A DNA stretch of 64,000 bases, from assembly GCA_021613535.1 (NCBI GenBank), contig CP075494.1, positions 4,526,001-4,590,000 of the forward strand, in the 5' to 3' direction. Shown here in pieces: positions 49,496 through 63,096 of the stretch. Every line of letters starts with the position of its first letter. Position 1 is the stretch's first letter. The position numbers and the translations under genes are program-made. This stretch comes from Adineta vaga (Eukaryota > Animalia > Rotifera). The notes under the pieces are model-generated. The model made no database searches and was not told where the DNA came from. It was given only the letters and a program-made list of their open reading frames with translations.

Positions 49496-51194
49496 ATGCT
49501 ATATTCACAGAGAAAATTGAAAAGAATTGGTTTAATTATATTTTTTCTTCTTACTCTTATTGTTTTACATCAAATTTTAAGTTTATATACAATTTTTTCA
49601 TCGAATCGCAACGATCATCAACAACGAAAGAATTATTCTGTATTACACAGTTCATCAACAAATCGATCATTAATAACAACAGTGAAATGTATTGGTCCTC
49701 TCTACAATCAATCATGTCTTTATAAAAATCTTTATTATACTAAACAAGGATTTTTAGCTTTATCCTTAAAAGAAGATAATTTAACATTACCAGGTGTTCG
49801 ATTAGGAGCATTAGCTACAACTGATTTTCGTCCACATCATCGAATATTTGATACATATGAAGAACTTTATCGATTTGTTCGTTTAATCAATGAACCACGC
49901 ATATTTTCAGGACTTACAATTCATTTTAATCAACTTTGGCATGGAAACGTTGGTCATGCACTATTTGATGGACTTTATCCTTCTTATATCGCCGCAATTC
50001 GTTTTGCTCCAATACATCCAACCATTTCGTCTTCTTATTGGTTTCGATAAAAGTCAATGTCGAAATTGTTTCAGTGAAGATATTTTTAGTCGTTTTGCTG
50101 GACTTGGTTTAATTAAATCGAATATTCTCGATTCACTTGTTGCGAATCAATGGTTTGTTTTCGAAGAAGTTCTTCTCGGCAGTGGAATGATGTGTCAACG
50201 TTGTATTCAATCAAATTATCAATTAGCTGGTGGAATTGAACTTGACGGTTCTCGATTATTTCGTAATCGAATGTATAAACAACATGGACTTTATTCTTCT
50301 CATGTTCGTCAAAATCATTCAGCAGAAAAACGTCATTTCAAACAACCATTGAATGCATATATTATTCATAATAAACGTTTTACAGTCGAAGAACAAGAAG
50401 AACTTCGTCTTGCAATGAATGAAATCAATGATTATACAAATTCACATTTAAATAAAACTATTAATGACATTAAGACATTACCATATCCACTTGTACGAGT
50501 TATTTATCTTGATTATCGTAATATTACACCTCAAAATAATATATCCAGTGATTTTAAAGCAACTGAAATGGATTCAAGATCTCCAATGTATGAATTATTA
50601 GATAATAATTTTATTGCACAATTACGTGTTGTACGTCAGATGGATATTCATATAACAGGACCAGGTACAGGACAAATGTATCAAACCTTTCTTTCAGATG
50701 GATCAGTAAATATTAATCTTGGAGGAATGAATCCATATAAAAAAGAAACAACACCGATTGCTTATCCATCATTTCTCGAACAATATGTTACAGCAGGAAT
50801 ACCGTATATTAAAGGTCTTTATTATCCAATTAATAAAAGACGTGATGGAATCAAACGAAATGAAGTTGTTCAATTAATTAAACAAGCAGCACAAATGATT
50901 ATGAAAGGATTTTCTATACCAGTTAATCCAAAAGAAAATCTTGCGCCTGATGGTCAAGTCTTTGTTGATCAATGTGAACATGATAAAGATTTTTGTCAAT
51001 TAGTTACGATTAGAAAAAGTGGTCAATTCTGGTGCAACAATATGTGGACAGAAGATCTGGTACATGAACGTCGACAATGGGCTGAAGGAGGATTTCCTAT
51101 CAATGGTGCAAATGTTAATTGTTCATTCAATCGAACATTATTACGTAGTTTGAGGCAGAAATATGGAATTGAATATCGTTCTGGCCGAGAATAA
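49496..51194 (+). CDS. GT61-like glycosyltransferase, paralog of 115-1725 (frameshift at ~50017)
   Basis: ORFs 49496-50050 and 49890-51194 together align end-to-end with the 536-aa paralog. The frame switches at RFAPIH/QPFRL. Confidence 0.65.
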
Positions 51195-52217
51195 ATAGAA
51201 GAACAAAACAAATTGAACATTTGCAATTTATTTTTAAGTTGATATTGTAGTCAATGACGGTTTTGTGAACATAGTTACTGTGATCTACGATGTTGAAATA
51301 TATGTATGACTATTTTGACTTTATGGAAATTTTCGATAAATTAGTTTTGGTACATATTGTGTAGAATTATAATCGTTTTTATATATGGACTAAGAGATAT
51401 GAAAATGATGAGGATTGAAATACAAATTCATATTTCAGTCCCTTCAAAGTAAGAAGTAAAATATCTTATAGAATTTGTTTTGAATTAATATGATTTAGTG
51501 AAGCGATAAGGATCCTAGAAAAGATTTAAAAAATGAGGAAATACAATGAGAAGAAAACCAGGCGTTGTAAGTTTTTCATATTGTTTTAATCAACCTAATC
51601 TTCTTGATAAACTTGCTTCAAATAGATTAATGAAAGGTAAATAATCTATTTGGAAACGTCTCGTTCAAATATATAAATCATATATTTTGCTATAGAGACT
51701 GCAATTTAACTTATATTAACTTTTTTTGTATATATTTTATCGGTAATTCAAAGTTCGTTTTTGATACTATACCCTTTCTTTTCTCTGTCCATATTCATAC
51801 TAAATAATTATGCGTAAAAACAACTCCTTCGAAGACCGACCATAAAGCATTTGAAAATGATTGAAAAATAATAGAGAACGAGAATTGGTCGACGTTTTTT
51901 TTATTGACACTCGCCTAAATTATTCTTTATCTTCTGTTTACAAGAATAAGCTTAATAGCATGTATGTTGAATTGATAAGAAAATATTTGCAATCAAAAAC
52001 GTGCTTAAATAACTGTAATAGAATCATAAAAATCATTGAATGTAAATAACCTTTTTCGCACGTTTGGAAAGGTATTTTTCTCACCTCATAAATCATCTCC
52101 ATAAAATATCGGTTGAAAATGTCCTCCGAGGACATTTCTCATACTTCATAAAAGACTTGTTTCTCTTTCTGCCCTTCAAAATCATCATTCTCTCTTTGAT
52201 AGAGACATATCATAGAA

Positions 52218-54807
52218 ATGAAATTTGGTATCCATCTATTGGCGAATCTCACGCCCGAATGGAATTCTCAGTATATTCAGTATCAATATATGAAAGAATT
52301 CCTTGAAAAAGCAGTAGCAGATGCACCTGTATCGATAGCTAATAACGAGGATGAAGATGATAACAATTCAATCTGTGAACAATATTTTCTTCGAGTTGAT
52401 GATGAATTTTTTGAAGTGAGATATTTTATTATCGTTTTTTTTCGTAATTCATTTCTCTTTGTTTATAGTTTTGCAAAAAGGATGTAACAAAAATCAATAC
52501 TTTCTTTGCTGAAAAACTAGCCGAGTAAGTTTCACTCCATGTTTACCAATTAAGAAGAAGAAGAAGATTGAAAATATAGGGCATTCCGACGTTTTACAAC
52601 TCTTAAAGATGAAATTGAATATAGAAAACTAATGTACGGAGAAGTCTCTCCTCGTCGTAAATCATCTCTTGCTATTATTCACAAAGCAAATAGAGTGGAT
52701 CAATGTACTGATAATACAGCGTTTACCACACATCGAAAACAACAATCCAATACCAAAACATCAATGAATCATATTGTACCTGATCAATTTTTGAAAAATA
52801 ATGAAAAAAAACACAAATTGTATAAAGATATTAAGAATCTTAAACTAGCATATAGTGAATATTATCTGATGCTAGTTTTATTACAAAAATATCAACTATT
52901 AAATTTTACTGGCTTTATTAAAATATTGAAAAAACATGATAAATTGTTTCAAACTACACGTGGAAATGAATGGCGGTAAGATGCGTAAAATATATGAATA
53001 AAAACAATAGAAATTTGTTTCTAGAAAATTAAATATTGATACAGCAACATTTTATACATCGACAGCAGTAACAGAACTTATTCAAGATGTAGAAAGAATC
53101 TATATTGATGAACTTGAATCAGGTGATCGAACTCGTGCAATGAAACGTCTTCGAGTTCCACCACTCGAAGAAATACAATCAACCATGGTAACATTTCGTC
53201 TTGGTATTTTTATTGGTAAATTAACTATCTCATTACATTGCATCTAACTAGTATGCAATTATTTTATAGGAATGATCTGTATTCTATTACCAATAGTAAT
53301 AATTCTGACTGTTGTTCTGAATAAAAGTCAATCAGGAAAAGCATTAGCATGGCGTGATGCTCTTCATCTCTATCGTTCACCACTCCTTATCATTTTTCAA
53401 ATCATACTTGCTGGTATTAATATCTATGGTTGGTCATCGTCTGGTGTAAATCATATTCTGATATTTGAAATTGATCCACGGAATCATTTAACCTATCAAC
53501 AATTACTTGAAATTGGCACATGTCTATGTGTTTTCTGGTGTATCAGTTGCATTGCATTCATTCTTACATCTTATCTAGATTTTTATCCATTTCTTCAGCC
53601 ACTTATTTTTGTTATACTGATGATCTTTTTTATTATTAATCCAGCACCAATCTTTTATCGACCAGCTCGTTATTGGCTCTTAAGAACGTTGGGATTAGTC
53701 TTTTCAGCTGCTTTTCATCGTATTCATTTTGCAGATAATTGGTTTTGTAATCAATTGACATCGATTGAATTAGCATTTTTCGATCTGGAATATTTCTTTT
53801 GCTTTTATTTTTCAAATCATCAATGGTGGTCAACAAAATTAACATCATCATCATCACCGGAACATGCATTCTGTACCGGATGGTCAAGATATCTTCTACA
53901 AGCATTTCTACTTGCAACACCATCTTTACTTCGTTTCACTCAATGTTTACGACGATATTATGATACGAAACTTAAATTTCCACATCTATTGAATGCTGGA
54001 AAATATTTCGCAAGTATTTGCGTAGCAATTACGAATTCTCTTCGACGTGGAACTATTGCATTGAATAAAAGTCAAGGAAATAATCCAAAAAAGAATCCAT
54101 TTGTTTATGCATGGATTATTGCTGCATTGATTAATTCAACTTTTAAAATTATCTGGGATATTAAAATGGATTGGGGTTTATTTCATAAGAATGCGGGTGA
54201 AAATCGATTCTTACGTGATCATATTATTTATCCATCTAAGAATTATTATTATTATGCGATGATTCAAGATGTCGTCTTTCGATACAGTTGGACAATAAAT
54301 ATCTTTATACAATTTCATTCAGGTGCAGCAGAATATTCAGATGTAATTGGTTTAGGTTTTGGTTTGATTGAATTAATACGGCGTTTTTCTTGGAATTTTT
54401 TTCGTTTAGAAAATGAACATCTAAATAATTGTGGAAGATATCGTGTAATTCGAGATATTTCAATTAAACCTATTGGTGCTGGAATTGATTTTACCTTAGT
54501 TGATTCGAGATTAAATAAAAAATTCAGTTTACGAAGTCGACGATGTCAAACAATTACTGAAGAAGACAATATAACAACTGGTGATCAAGCTGCAATGGAC
54601 GATCTCGAAAATAACATAGCAGATTTTGTTCAAAATCAAATGTCAGCATCTCGTACATCGACGATATTAGAAGTGAATGTAGTTCATGCAACACCGAAAC
54701 ATATTTCATCCCGAAAATGTCATTCACTTTCCTCATTGGATAAATATTCGGATTTAACATATGTAAATAAAAAGAACGATCGAAAAATGACTATTTTACC
54801 ATCGTGA
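52218..54807 (+). CDS. XPR1: SPX-EXS phosphate exporter (XPR1/SYG1 family), 5 exons
   Basis: MKFG start, [32 protein letters not shown] and [15 protein letters not shown] motifs. Introns at ~52416-52469, 52524-52579, 52976-53024 and 53216-53269. Confidence 0.93.
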
Positions 54808-54902
54808 GAACGACTATATGTTTGTCGAAGACATTCAGTTGCAAGAAAGATTTCAATATAGTTTTTAGAAGATCAATATTTAATAATAAAAAAAAAAGTT
54901 AT

Positions 54903-55256
54903 TTAGCTTTTTATATTAATTTTTATAAATGAGTGGAGGAGTAGCAGTGTATGGAGGATGAATCTGGTGTTGATCTAGACGAATAATGACAACAAGAACT
55001 CCGGCATGAACCGAATAAGGATCGATACCATGAGCTATGATAATATATTTCTATTTTTTATAGTTTAACTAGAAGAAAACTTACCCCTTAATTTATCCCG
55101 AATTATAAAATGATGGCAACAGCCATAAATAATTGATAAAAAGAGAACAACACCAATGATAATGAGAAAGATTCTATATGCATGAACAAAGATATAGTTC
55201 TACATGATTTCTCTTTTTTTTACTCACAGTATGCGTGTCGGTAAACTATAATCCAT
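54903..55256 (-). CDS. Possible small 3-exon single-pass membrane protein
   Basis: TATA-like box at ~55310, two canonical-looking introns (GTGAGT, GTAAGT) and a hydrophobic exon (IFLIIIGVVLFLSIIYGCC). The ATG is out of frame by one base. Confidence 0.3.
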
Positions 55257-55595
55257 TTTGTTTTTGTGTTGAAAATATGTTTTTTTTAGTAAATGCCCTA
55301 CTTTTTTTTTATATATAACGACTCTTCTTTTAATCTAACTGCGCAATTTTTTCTCTTTATTTAAAGATGACCTGAAGCACACTCTTATAAACAAAATCAT
55401 CAAAACAAAATAATGACTCCTCATGGAATACCTCAGAAGAGATGTGTGTCATTATATATAACGTGCTTTATAAATAAGTATGACAATTAAAAATAAACAA
55501 AACTGCTCTCGATTAGTTTATTCGTTTCAAAAACTAATCCTGTAACTGATGAAAATGAATTTTATATTCATGTTCATTCAGCTTCCATAGAGTTG

Positions 55596-55962
55596 AAAAT
55601 ATGATTGTAATTGAAACTATTAAATATATTTTCTGTTTTCTAAACACACACACATATTTATCATCTACCACCCTCGAAAAAAAAACAACAGAACGAACAA
55701 ATTCGTATTCAATCACGTCATGGATCGATCATAATAATGTTATTACGAAAGTGTTTCATTTTTCTTATTCAATATTCTCATGCAATGTTAGTTAATAACA
55801 AAAAAAGAAAGAAAAAAAAACATAGCAGTGGATAGTTTTGATCTATCGACCTCTGAGTTATGAATCCAGTGCTCTTCCACTGAGCTACACTGCTTGTACA
55901 TGTTTTTGAGTGAATATCTTGTAGAGACAAGTAGAAAAAAAAGTAAGAACTTGTTTAGTATC
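55596..55962. repeat. ~370-bp direct duplication, copy A (contains tRNA-iMet-like gene)
   Basis: Near-identical to 59957-60325. Confidence 0.9.
55823..55894 (-). tRNA. tRNA-iMet(CAT)-like gene, possibly a pseudogene
   Basis: AGCAGTGTAGCTCAGTGGAAGAGCACTGGATTCATAACTCAGAGGTCGATAGATCAAAACTATCCACTGCTA: A1:U72 pair, ATC T-loop, downstream oligo-T terminator. The anticodon stem has a G.T pair and an AxC mismatch. Confidence 0.85.
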
Positions 55963-56612
55963 ATATGGAAGATGTAAACTATTTTACAAGCTTTTAAATT
56001 TCAATTGCCCGACTCATTGTAATTAAATCTTTAGAAGATCGGGATTTTAAGTGAGAATAACAAAGACGATATGTATTAAGTCGAATCTCTGCACTCATTC
56101 GCTTTCAAGAGAATTTTAACTATAATAAAACCTCACACAATGAACCCTTTCCATTATCAACTATCTGTTTACTTGAACGTTCTCAGAACTTTCCAAGTTT
56201 ATTTTGCTAGTTGTGTACCTGCCCCATATTAATAAAATAGATAGCTGATATTGTGAATTTAGTTCGTTGTAGAGTTATAGAAAAGATAAGGAGCGGAAGA
56301 CATTGATTTCAAAATGACGTCTATAAACGACATGAATTCGAAATCAGAGGTTATTTTAATTAGAGACAATGAACGCAGTGTATCTTTACGAGAATTAAAC
56401 GAAAGCCTCGTTTTTCTATAGGAAGTGTATCTAATAATCTAAGAAAAAAATGAATATTTGTAATGTATTTAGTCATAATCAATGATACTTTATTGAATAG
56501 AATGAGAAAATCTAGTTGAAACTACGTATAAAGTTATTTTTGCTGCTGATTTTCTCTGTAATGGGTCACTTGCTTCGACAATGAACTTTTAACTGGTCCC
56601 GATAGTGTTCAA

Positions 56613-57587
56613 TTAAGAGGATTTTACTGTCGGTCTTATTGCTATGTTATGTCGCCCACAGAATATTTGCTCTTTGACTGTTCGACGAAAGCGTTTCGAT
56701 GTTATTAAGAAGGTATAACAACTTCCCTAAAAACACAAATCGATACATCAAAGTATCAAATCAATAATCAATTAACATACAACGTAGTATAGATATGTTC
56801 CCAAAGTAACAATTGTATTGGCAAAATATTCTTTCATTTGTCGATCTGAATCTTTAACAGTTCCAGTTGTAATTAAAACATAAGCTCTGTTAATCCCATA
56901 TGGTATCAGACTAGTGGCAACAAGTAAAATATGAATAAAAGTCATTCTTATTAATTGACGATCAGCTTGTAATTCAGCAAGAACTATTGTTCGATGAATA
57001 TTACGATAAGTCAACAGTCCAAATAGAGTCATTATGCCAACTGGTATTCCACAAATAATACCAAGTAAATATATCGGTGAATAGATAGCCAAAGCAGGAT
57101 TGTCACTTCCACAAGTCTTACTTGTAGGTAAAATACGATACAAGAAAAAAACATGAATACCATAAAGACACCAAAACGTGATAACTATGGCTGATATTCG
57201 ATGAGCCCATTTTAGTTGACTACACTGTCGAATAAAATTACTTTTTGATGTGATTAAAAATTGATCTATTGTAGCTAAACATGAAAAAGTTACAGAAATG
57301 AGAGAAGGTACAAAAAGAAGAAATTGCCGTATTTTACACCATACATCAGATGTTCCATATATGTTAACTTGGTAACTATCATTCAAAATACGAATAATAA
57401 GATTAAGTAATACATAAAGTATATTGTCAATTGAACCCATTAAAAAATAAAATGTACAAGGATTTGTGCGATAAATACGAACTTTTGAAAATACCAAAAT
57501 ATTTATTCCATTACCAATTACACCTACGATAAGTAGACAAATACCAACATAAAGTGTCAATTGTTGAGCATAGTAAATTAATGTCAT
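56613..57587 (-). CDS. Orphan class A GPCR (2 exons)
   Basis: 7 TM segments, ATIDQF. Intron 56727-56780 is at the same TM7 position as in the 22397 paralog. Confidence 0.85.
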
Positions 57588-58751
57588 GATAAATGTCTTT
57601 ATGTTCAATCGTACTTAGAGCTTTTTCAAAAATATACAACGTATTTCAAAACAAGAGAGAGATAGGTAATGTTGTTTCAAGTTTTAAAATATCAAGGTCG
57701 TATTAACATTAGTAGAATGAAATAAAATTACAAAAAAAAGAATATCTACATATTTTATTTAAAGAGAGAATATTATATATATAGTTGCTCGTTCTTTTCT
57801 TTTCAAAAACTGAACTCATCATAAAACATCCACAGATATTCTTTTTAATTACACAACCAGTCATAATCAGGGTGATTTGACGTCATAAAAGAATTCTTTA
57901 AATGACATCCAACTATCAAGGCAAACATTTTTATTGTTGGAAAAAACGTTTTTCCGAAGAAAATGTGTATGAATCAATGCGCACTTTTTCGTATGCGTTT
58001 AGGCGCGTTAGACGGCGACTAAAAGTTGAATTGCGTTCTTCGAAATTATTATTGTTATATGATGTATTGTTAAAACGTAATTGTTCAGTAGATTGAATAA
58101 TGATGGAAAATAGAAGACATGATATATCTGATAATTGTAAGAGTAAAAAGGATAGTGAGGGTGAATGAGTTTACTATAGAATAATTCCAAGCTACGTATA
58201 CGACGATAGTTTCGAAAAGAGTTTAATCGATTCACTGTCAAATAAGTTCAGAATCCAATTCTTTTTTTTGTTAGGTTAAGAGAAACTGAATTGGGAACAA
58301 TTTTCATGTGAATTAATGAATGTCAATTGAATTTAAGTTTTGAAATGAATTGGAAATGGTGATATCGAAATTATGTTTTTATGAAAGAGTGAAAGCCATT
58401 TTCGAACATGTGCGATTAATCCAACTAAAATAATTCCTCATTGTTTTGATGATTTTGTTCTTCCGTTTGATTGTAATGAATGTTTTCCAGTTTTATCGTT
58501 TATAAAATGTTGTTCCTTATATTGTATTCGTTCATTTGAACTTATTTTTTTTCAAATCATATTGCTGTAATAGTGACTCGATATATATTTCATCGAGATA
58601 TTTCCAATTGTCATGATCTCATTCGCGTTTGAACTACATTTGGGATCGTGGACATCAGAGCTCGGACGAGTACAAGCAAATACTTGTTGAGTCAGCAAAT
58701 GATGTATATATCTTTTTTTGTTTGTCATCGTTACCATGTATTTGTTATCTT

Positions 58752-58777
58752 TATATATATATATATATATATATATA
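58752..58777. repeat. (TA)n microsatellite
   Basis: Directly visible TA run. Confidence 0.9.
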
Positions 58778-58815
58778 GTTATATACTTCTTTTAGAAGGT
58801 GAAGACAAAAGAAAA

Positions 58816-59913
58816 ATGAAAAATATTGTGTTGATATTGTTGTATTTATCTTCAACATGTGGACATCTTTGTTTATGGCAACCAATGCAACGAGGAAATA
58901 TGAGTTTAAATCCTCCAGGTTCTCATGATTGTTATAGAAAAATTCAACCTTGTGGTGGATTTAATTCTTCAACATCAAGAGAGAGAACAACAATTGAATC
59001 TGGTTCCATTTATCAAGTTTTGTTTCAACAACATATAAATCATTATTATCCATTAAATCCTGGTAAACTTGATATTTCATTTGCTCATGGATTAGAACCT
59101 TTAGAAGAAGATTTTCAAATATTATCGTCACTTAATGATTATAATCCAATGAATCATAATACTCAAACTAATTTTTCAATAAATGTGCAAATACCCAATG
59201 AAGAATGTGACCAATGTGTCTTAAGAGTTCGATATATAACAAATAATCCAGATGAAGAAGATCATGGAATGACTTTTTATCAATGTTCTGATATTAAACT
59301 AATTAAAACTTCTCAAAATTCTTATAAATCAAATTTTAATCCAATTCAATCAATAAACCATAAAAATGATTCACATGATTGCTGTTCTCCATCAAGTTTT
59401 CAAACATCATTTATTCATGTTATACCAGATATTGATTATTTGAGTACAGGTATTGTTTATTATGATAAATTATTGAAACAAATGCGTTTTCAAATGAATA
59501 TGATGGGAATTAATTACAATATGTGGATGAATTTTACATCAGGAAAACAATACTATCATAATGTGAACAATAACAGTTGCCATTTATTTGGATTAAATTA
59601 TTGGAATGATTGGTGTTATGGAAATACCTTTAACCAAACTGAAGATTTTACTAAATCTAATATTTCATGTACATTTGATTTATCAAATAATTGTAATCAA
59701 TGGATCAATGGAGATTTCTTATTTGAATCAACACTTAATAGATGTTATCCATCGTCGTTGTTCAGATTATCAAGTAATGAAAAAACAATTTATTTCGATC
59801 AAAAAGATGGACCATTTTCACCTGAAATCTTTCAACCAGATCCAATTTGTTTGAAACAAAATCAAATTTATTCAAATCATTGTTTAAAACATTTGATTAA
59901 TCCTTTAAATTGA
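58816..59913 (+). CDS. Secreted LPMO-like (N-terminal His) domain fused to an ependymin-like domain
   Basis: Signal peptide MKNIVLILLYLSSTCG followed directly by His; PCGG, HINHY, CDQCVLRVRY and FYQCSDI motifs. The C-domain has the pattern CCSP...YYD...MRF...FQPDPIC. Confidence 0.6.
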   Translation: MKNIVLILLYLSSTCGHLCLWQPMQRGNMSLNPPGSHDCYRKIQPCGGFNSSTSRERTTIESGSIYQVLFQQHINHYYPLNPGKLDISFAHGLEPLEEDFQILSSLNDYNPMNHNTQTNFSINVQIPNEECDQCVLRVRYITNNPDEEDHGMTFYQCSDIKLIKTSQNSYKSNFNPIQSINHKNDSHDCCSPSSFQTSFIHVIPDIDYLSTGIVYYDKLLKQMRFQMNMMGINYNMWMNFTSGKQYYHNVNNNSCHLFGLNYWNDWCYGNTFNQTEDFTKSNISCTFDLSNNCNQWINGDFLFESTLNRCYPSSLFRLSSNEKTIYFDQKDGPFSPEIFQPDPICLKQNQIYSNHCLKHLINPLN

Positions 59914-59956
59914 TGTAATCGATGAAGATGAGTTATACTCATCTTCTATATGGGTA

Positions 59957-60325
59957 AAAATATGATTGTAATTGAAACTATTAAATATATTTTCTGTTTT
60001 CTAAACACACACACACACACATATTTATCATTTACCGCCCTCGAAGAAAAACAACAGAACGAACAAATTCGTATTCAATCACGCCATGGATCGATCATAA
60101 TAATGTTATTACGAAAGTGTTTCATTTTTCTTATTCAATATTCTCATGCAATATTAGTTAATAACAAAAAAAGAAAGAAAAAAAAACATAGCAGTGGATA
60201 GTTTTGATCTATCGACCTCTGAGTTATGAATCCAGTGCTCTTCCACTGAGCTACACTGCTTGTACATGTTTTCGAGTGAATATCTTGTAGAGATAAGCAG
60301 AAAAAAATAAGAACTTGCATAGTAT
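59957..60325. repeat. ~370-bp direct duplication, copy B
   Basis: Near-identical to 55596-55962; differs in (CA)n length and a few substitutions. Confidence 0.9.
60189..60260 (-). tRNA. tRNA-iMet(CAT)-like gene, second copy
   Basis: Identical in sequence to 55823-55894. Confidence 0.85.
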
Positions 60326-60339
60326 AACAACTCAATCAA

Positions 60340-61730
60340 GAGACTGAATAACCTCTACTGGTGGACTTCAAGTCACATTTTTCACCTGAATTACATTCAG
60401 TGAGGAAAACTCTGAATCCATCGGTGTCTAGTACGTGCATTTATATGGCTTATATAAGATAGACAAGACCAAGTGGTAAAATATAATATAGTTCTATACC
60501 ATCGATGACATCTATACCCTCTCGAGCTATCATGTCATTCAATATGGTTTTTTCTTCAGTGCTTGTATTATGTCGTGAGAAACGCGTCGCAGTATATCCT
60601 TGTGATTACTTCATCGTGTGAAGAATCAGTGAAAAGCGTCAATCCTTATATTTGTATTGGGTGTGGGTGTTCTTTCTCTCACTCACATCCGTATTCAGAA
60701 GTATTCGGATTGAAAGAAATTAATTTTATAGATATAATCGATAAATGTCAAAGAACACCATGTTGTCTATTAATGGCCTATATCATTTTTAGCGCATCGT
60801 CATATCTAAACTTACTGATTTTACATGGTTTGATTGATCTTGATCATACAATAATTGATATGGAATATGCCAGAGAAAACTCATATTTAGGCATGCTCAT
60901 CGCCGCCATAAAACGACATCTTCAGCTGACATCTACAAAATGGAATAATATACATGATCAATTAGCTCAACTAAAAGGCATGCTAAATGAAAAACTAACG
61001 ATTACCTTTTTGTTACCAAGAACATCCCAACTAAATTGACTTAATAATAACATGATTTCACAATTATTAAGTATAATAAATTCGTAGAAAATTACTCGAG
61101 ACCTAATCAAGATGATTCTATGGCAAATCAATTTGGATTAGCAGCCGATTTTTGTTCACTTTTACTTGATCGAACAACTGTTTCTTTACGGCATATTGAT
61201 TGTATCAATTTAACTTCTTTTCTGTCTAAGAATAATGTAATAAGTATTACTCCATTAATTATTCAACAACGTATTGAACAATATACAAGTGATTATTGTA
61301 GTAATAAAATTATTAATGAAACTGATGTAGAGAAAATTCCTAAGAACTTTGTTGAAGGATGTCTTCGTGAAGTGTAAGGACTTATAACTAATGTTCATAT
61401 TCATATTTATTCTAATCAAACATGTCAACATGCATTTGAATTTATTCGTCAACTGAAAAATGATAATCCAACGATTCAAGTTCAAATATCACTTGATGAT
61501 GAATTAATCAGAAAGGCATGGCAATCGGTTGTAGTTCTAACTTATGAATGTAATCAAAATTATGTCTTGGCATGTGCAAAACTCGATGACTTTCTTAGAT
61601 ACATTTCAACATGTACGTCATCCGAGGAAATACTTAAATGCTGCAGAAATTCACAATTTATTCTATAAGAATATGGTAATACGTATTCAACAGCAAAGTT
61701 GTTCGTAGATTTACAGGAAAACTAACTAAA
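60340..61730 (+). pseudogene. Probable decayed fragment of an unidentified protein-coding gene
   Basis: Consecutive short helical-protein-like ORFs (60563-61039, 61120-61377) broken by stops. No family recognised. Confidence 0.3.
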
Positions 61731-61988
61731 TTGAAAATAAACTGCAAAGATATCAATGTTAAATATTAATATGACATTAATAAAAAAAAGAAAGCGTTTT
61801 TTGGTATTTCAGCTCCACGAAGTTTCATAATTGAGACTGAATGAATGAAGTCCAATAAATTGTTGACTTGATGGTATAAGTATTCAATCAGTCCGCAAAC
61901 GACAACCATATACTAATTCAGAATTCTCTTGGTTCAATTGATAATAGCTTTGAACATAAATTATATGAAGACACGTGTTGTTATCTGA

Positions 61989-63096
61989 TCATATTATTAT
62001 TTCGTGTATGTAGATGGGAAATACGTCAATACTCATATCTAAACATGCAACTACTCGACGAGTAAATGTTGCTGTTTGATCGTCACGATGATAATATTTT
62101 TCGATTGTCAATGAGCGTTTGATATCTCGACGAAAAGCAACGTTAGAAAACAGTGATACATAGAAACTTGTCGCGAAAAATATATATGACAATAAATGAA
62201 TCAATTCGGTAAATACATTTTCCATAGCCAAAAATAATGGTGATTTATACCAATGTTGTGTTATATTTTCATAAGTTAATTCAATTGCATATGGAACATA
62301 TGTGATTACTGCAATAAGTGATTCTGCTATTAACATAATTGTTAATAGTTTATCCATCTGATTAATAATTGATCCATTGGAAATATTGATTGATGGTACA
62401 ATTCTTCGTTGAGCAACACGTCGAACGCTTTTAAGAAGTAAAAACGCAAGTATAGACATACCAATTGCAGGACATAGAGATGAAAATATGACTTGAAAGT
62501 AATTATCATAGTAACTATAGATACCTTCAGGAGGAGTACAGTTTCCATTGTTAATTCTATAGAAGATAAGCCGATGACCAATGAGTAGAAACCAAAAGAG
62601 AGGAATTAGAAGAATCATTTTATAAGCTAAATTAACACGATTACTCCATCGTCGAAATTCTTAAATAAAAGAAAGCTAGATAGAATTCAAAGAGAAACAA
62701 ATCGTATAAAAATTTACTATTTAACTGTTGCGCCGATAGAAGACGATCAATTGTTGCAAACGCAAATAAACTAAAACCAACCACATTTCCCCATATGGTG
62801 CTAAATTGTCGAAGTTTACATATAACAACATATTGATTCATCAATGGAATTCCAAAACCTTTCTGAATTATTCGTGTCAATAATACAAAATTAAAATAAT
62901 GAAAATCAGCTATTGCAGATGCAAATAAATATATTGAATAAGCTTGTTTACGAGATTTACGTGAACCATACACGATCATATTTCCTATACAGCCAATATT
63001 GCCAGTAAACCAAAGAAATAAACCCAACCAAATGTTTAATTGATAAGGAGCTATTAATAGAGAGTAACTGATCTCAATCATCGTACCATTCATCAT
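61989..63096 (-). CDS. Orphan class A GPCR (2 exons)
   Basis: GNIGCIGN in TM1 and FATIDR in TM3. Intron 62660-62717 joins ORFs 62641-63096 and 61989-62618 in frame. Confidence 0.85.

Noticed and set aside
55534-60339. Short ORFs within the tRNA-containing duplications
   Set aside because: Frames differ between the two copies and they overlap the tRNA; non-coding.
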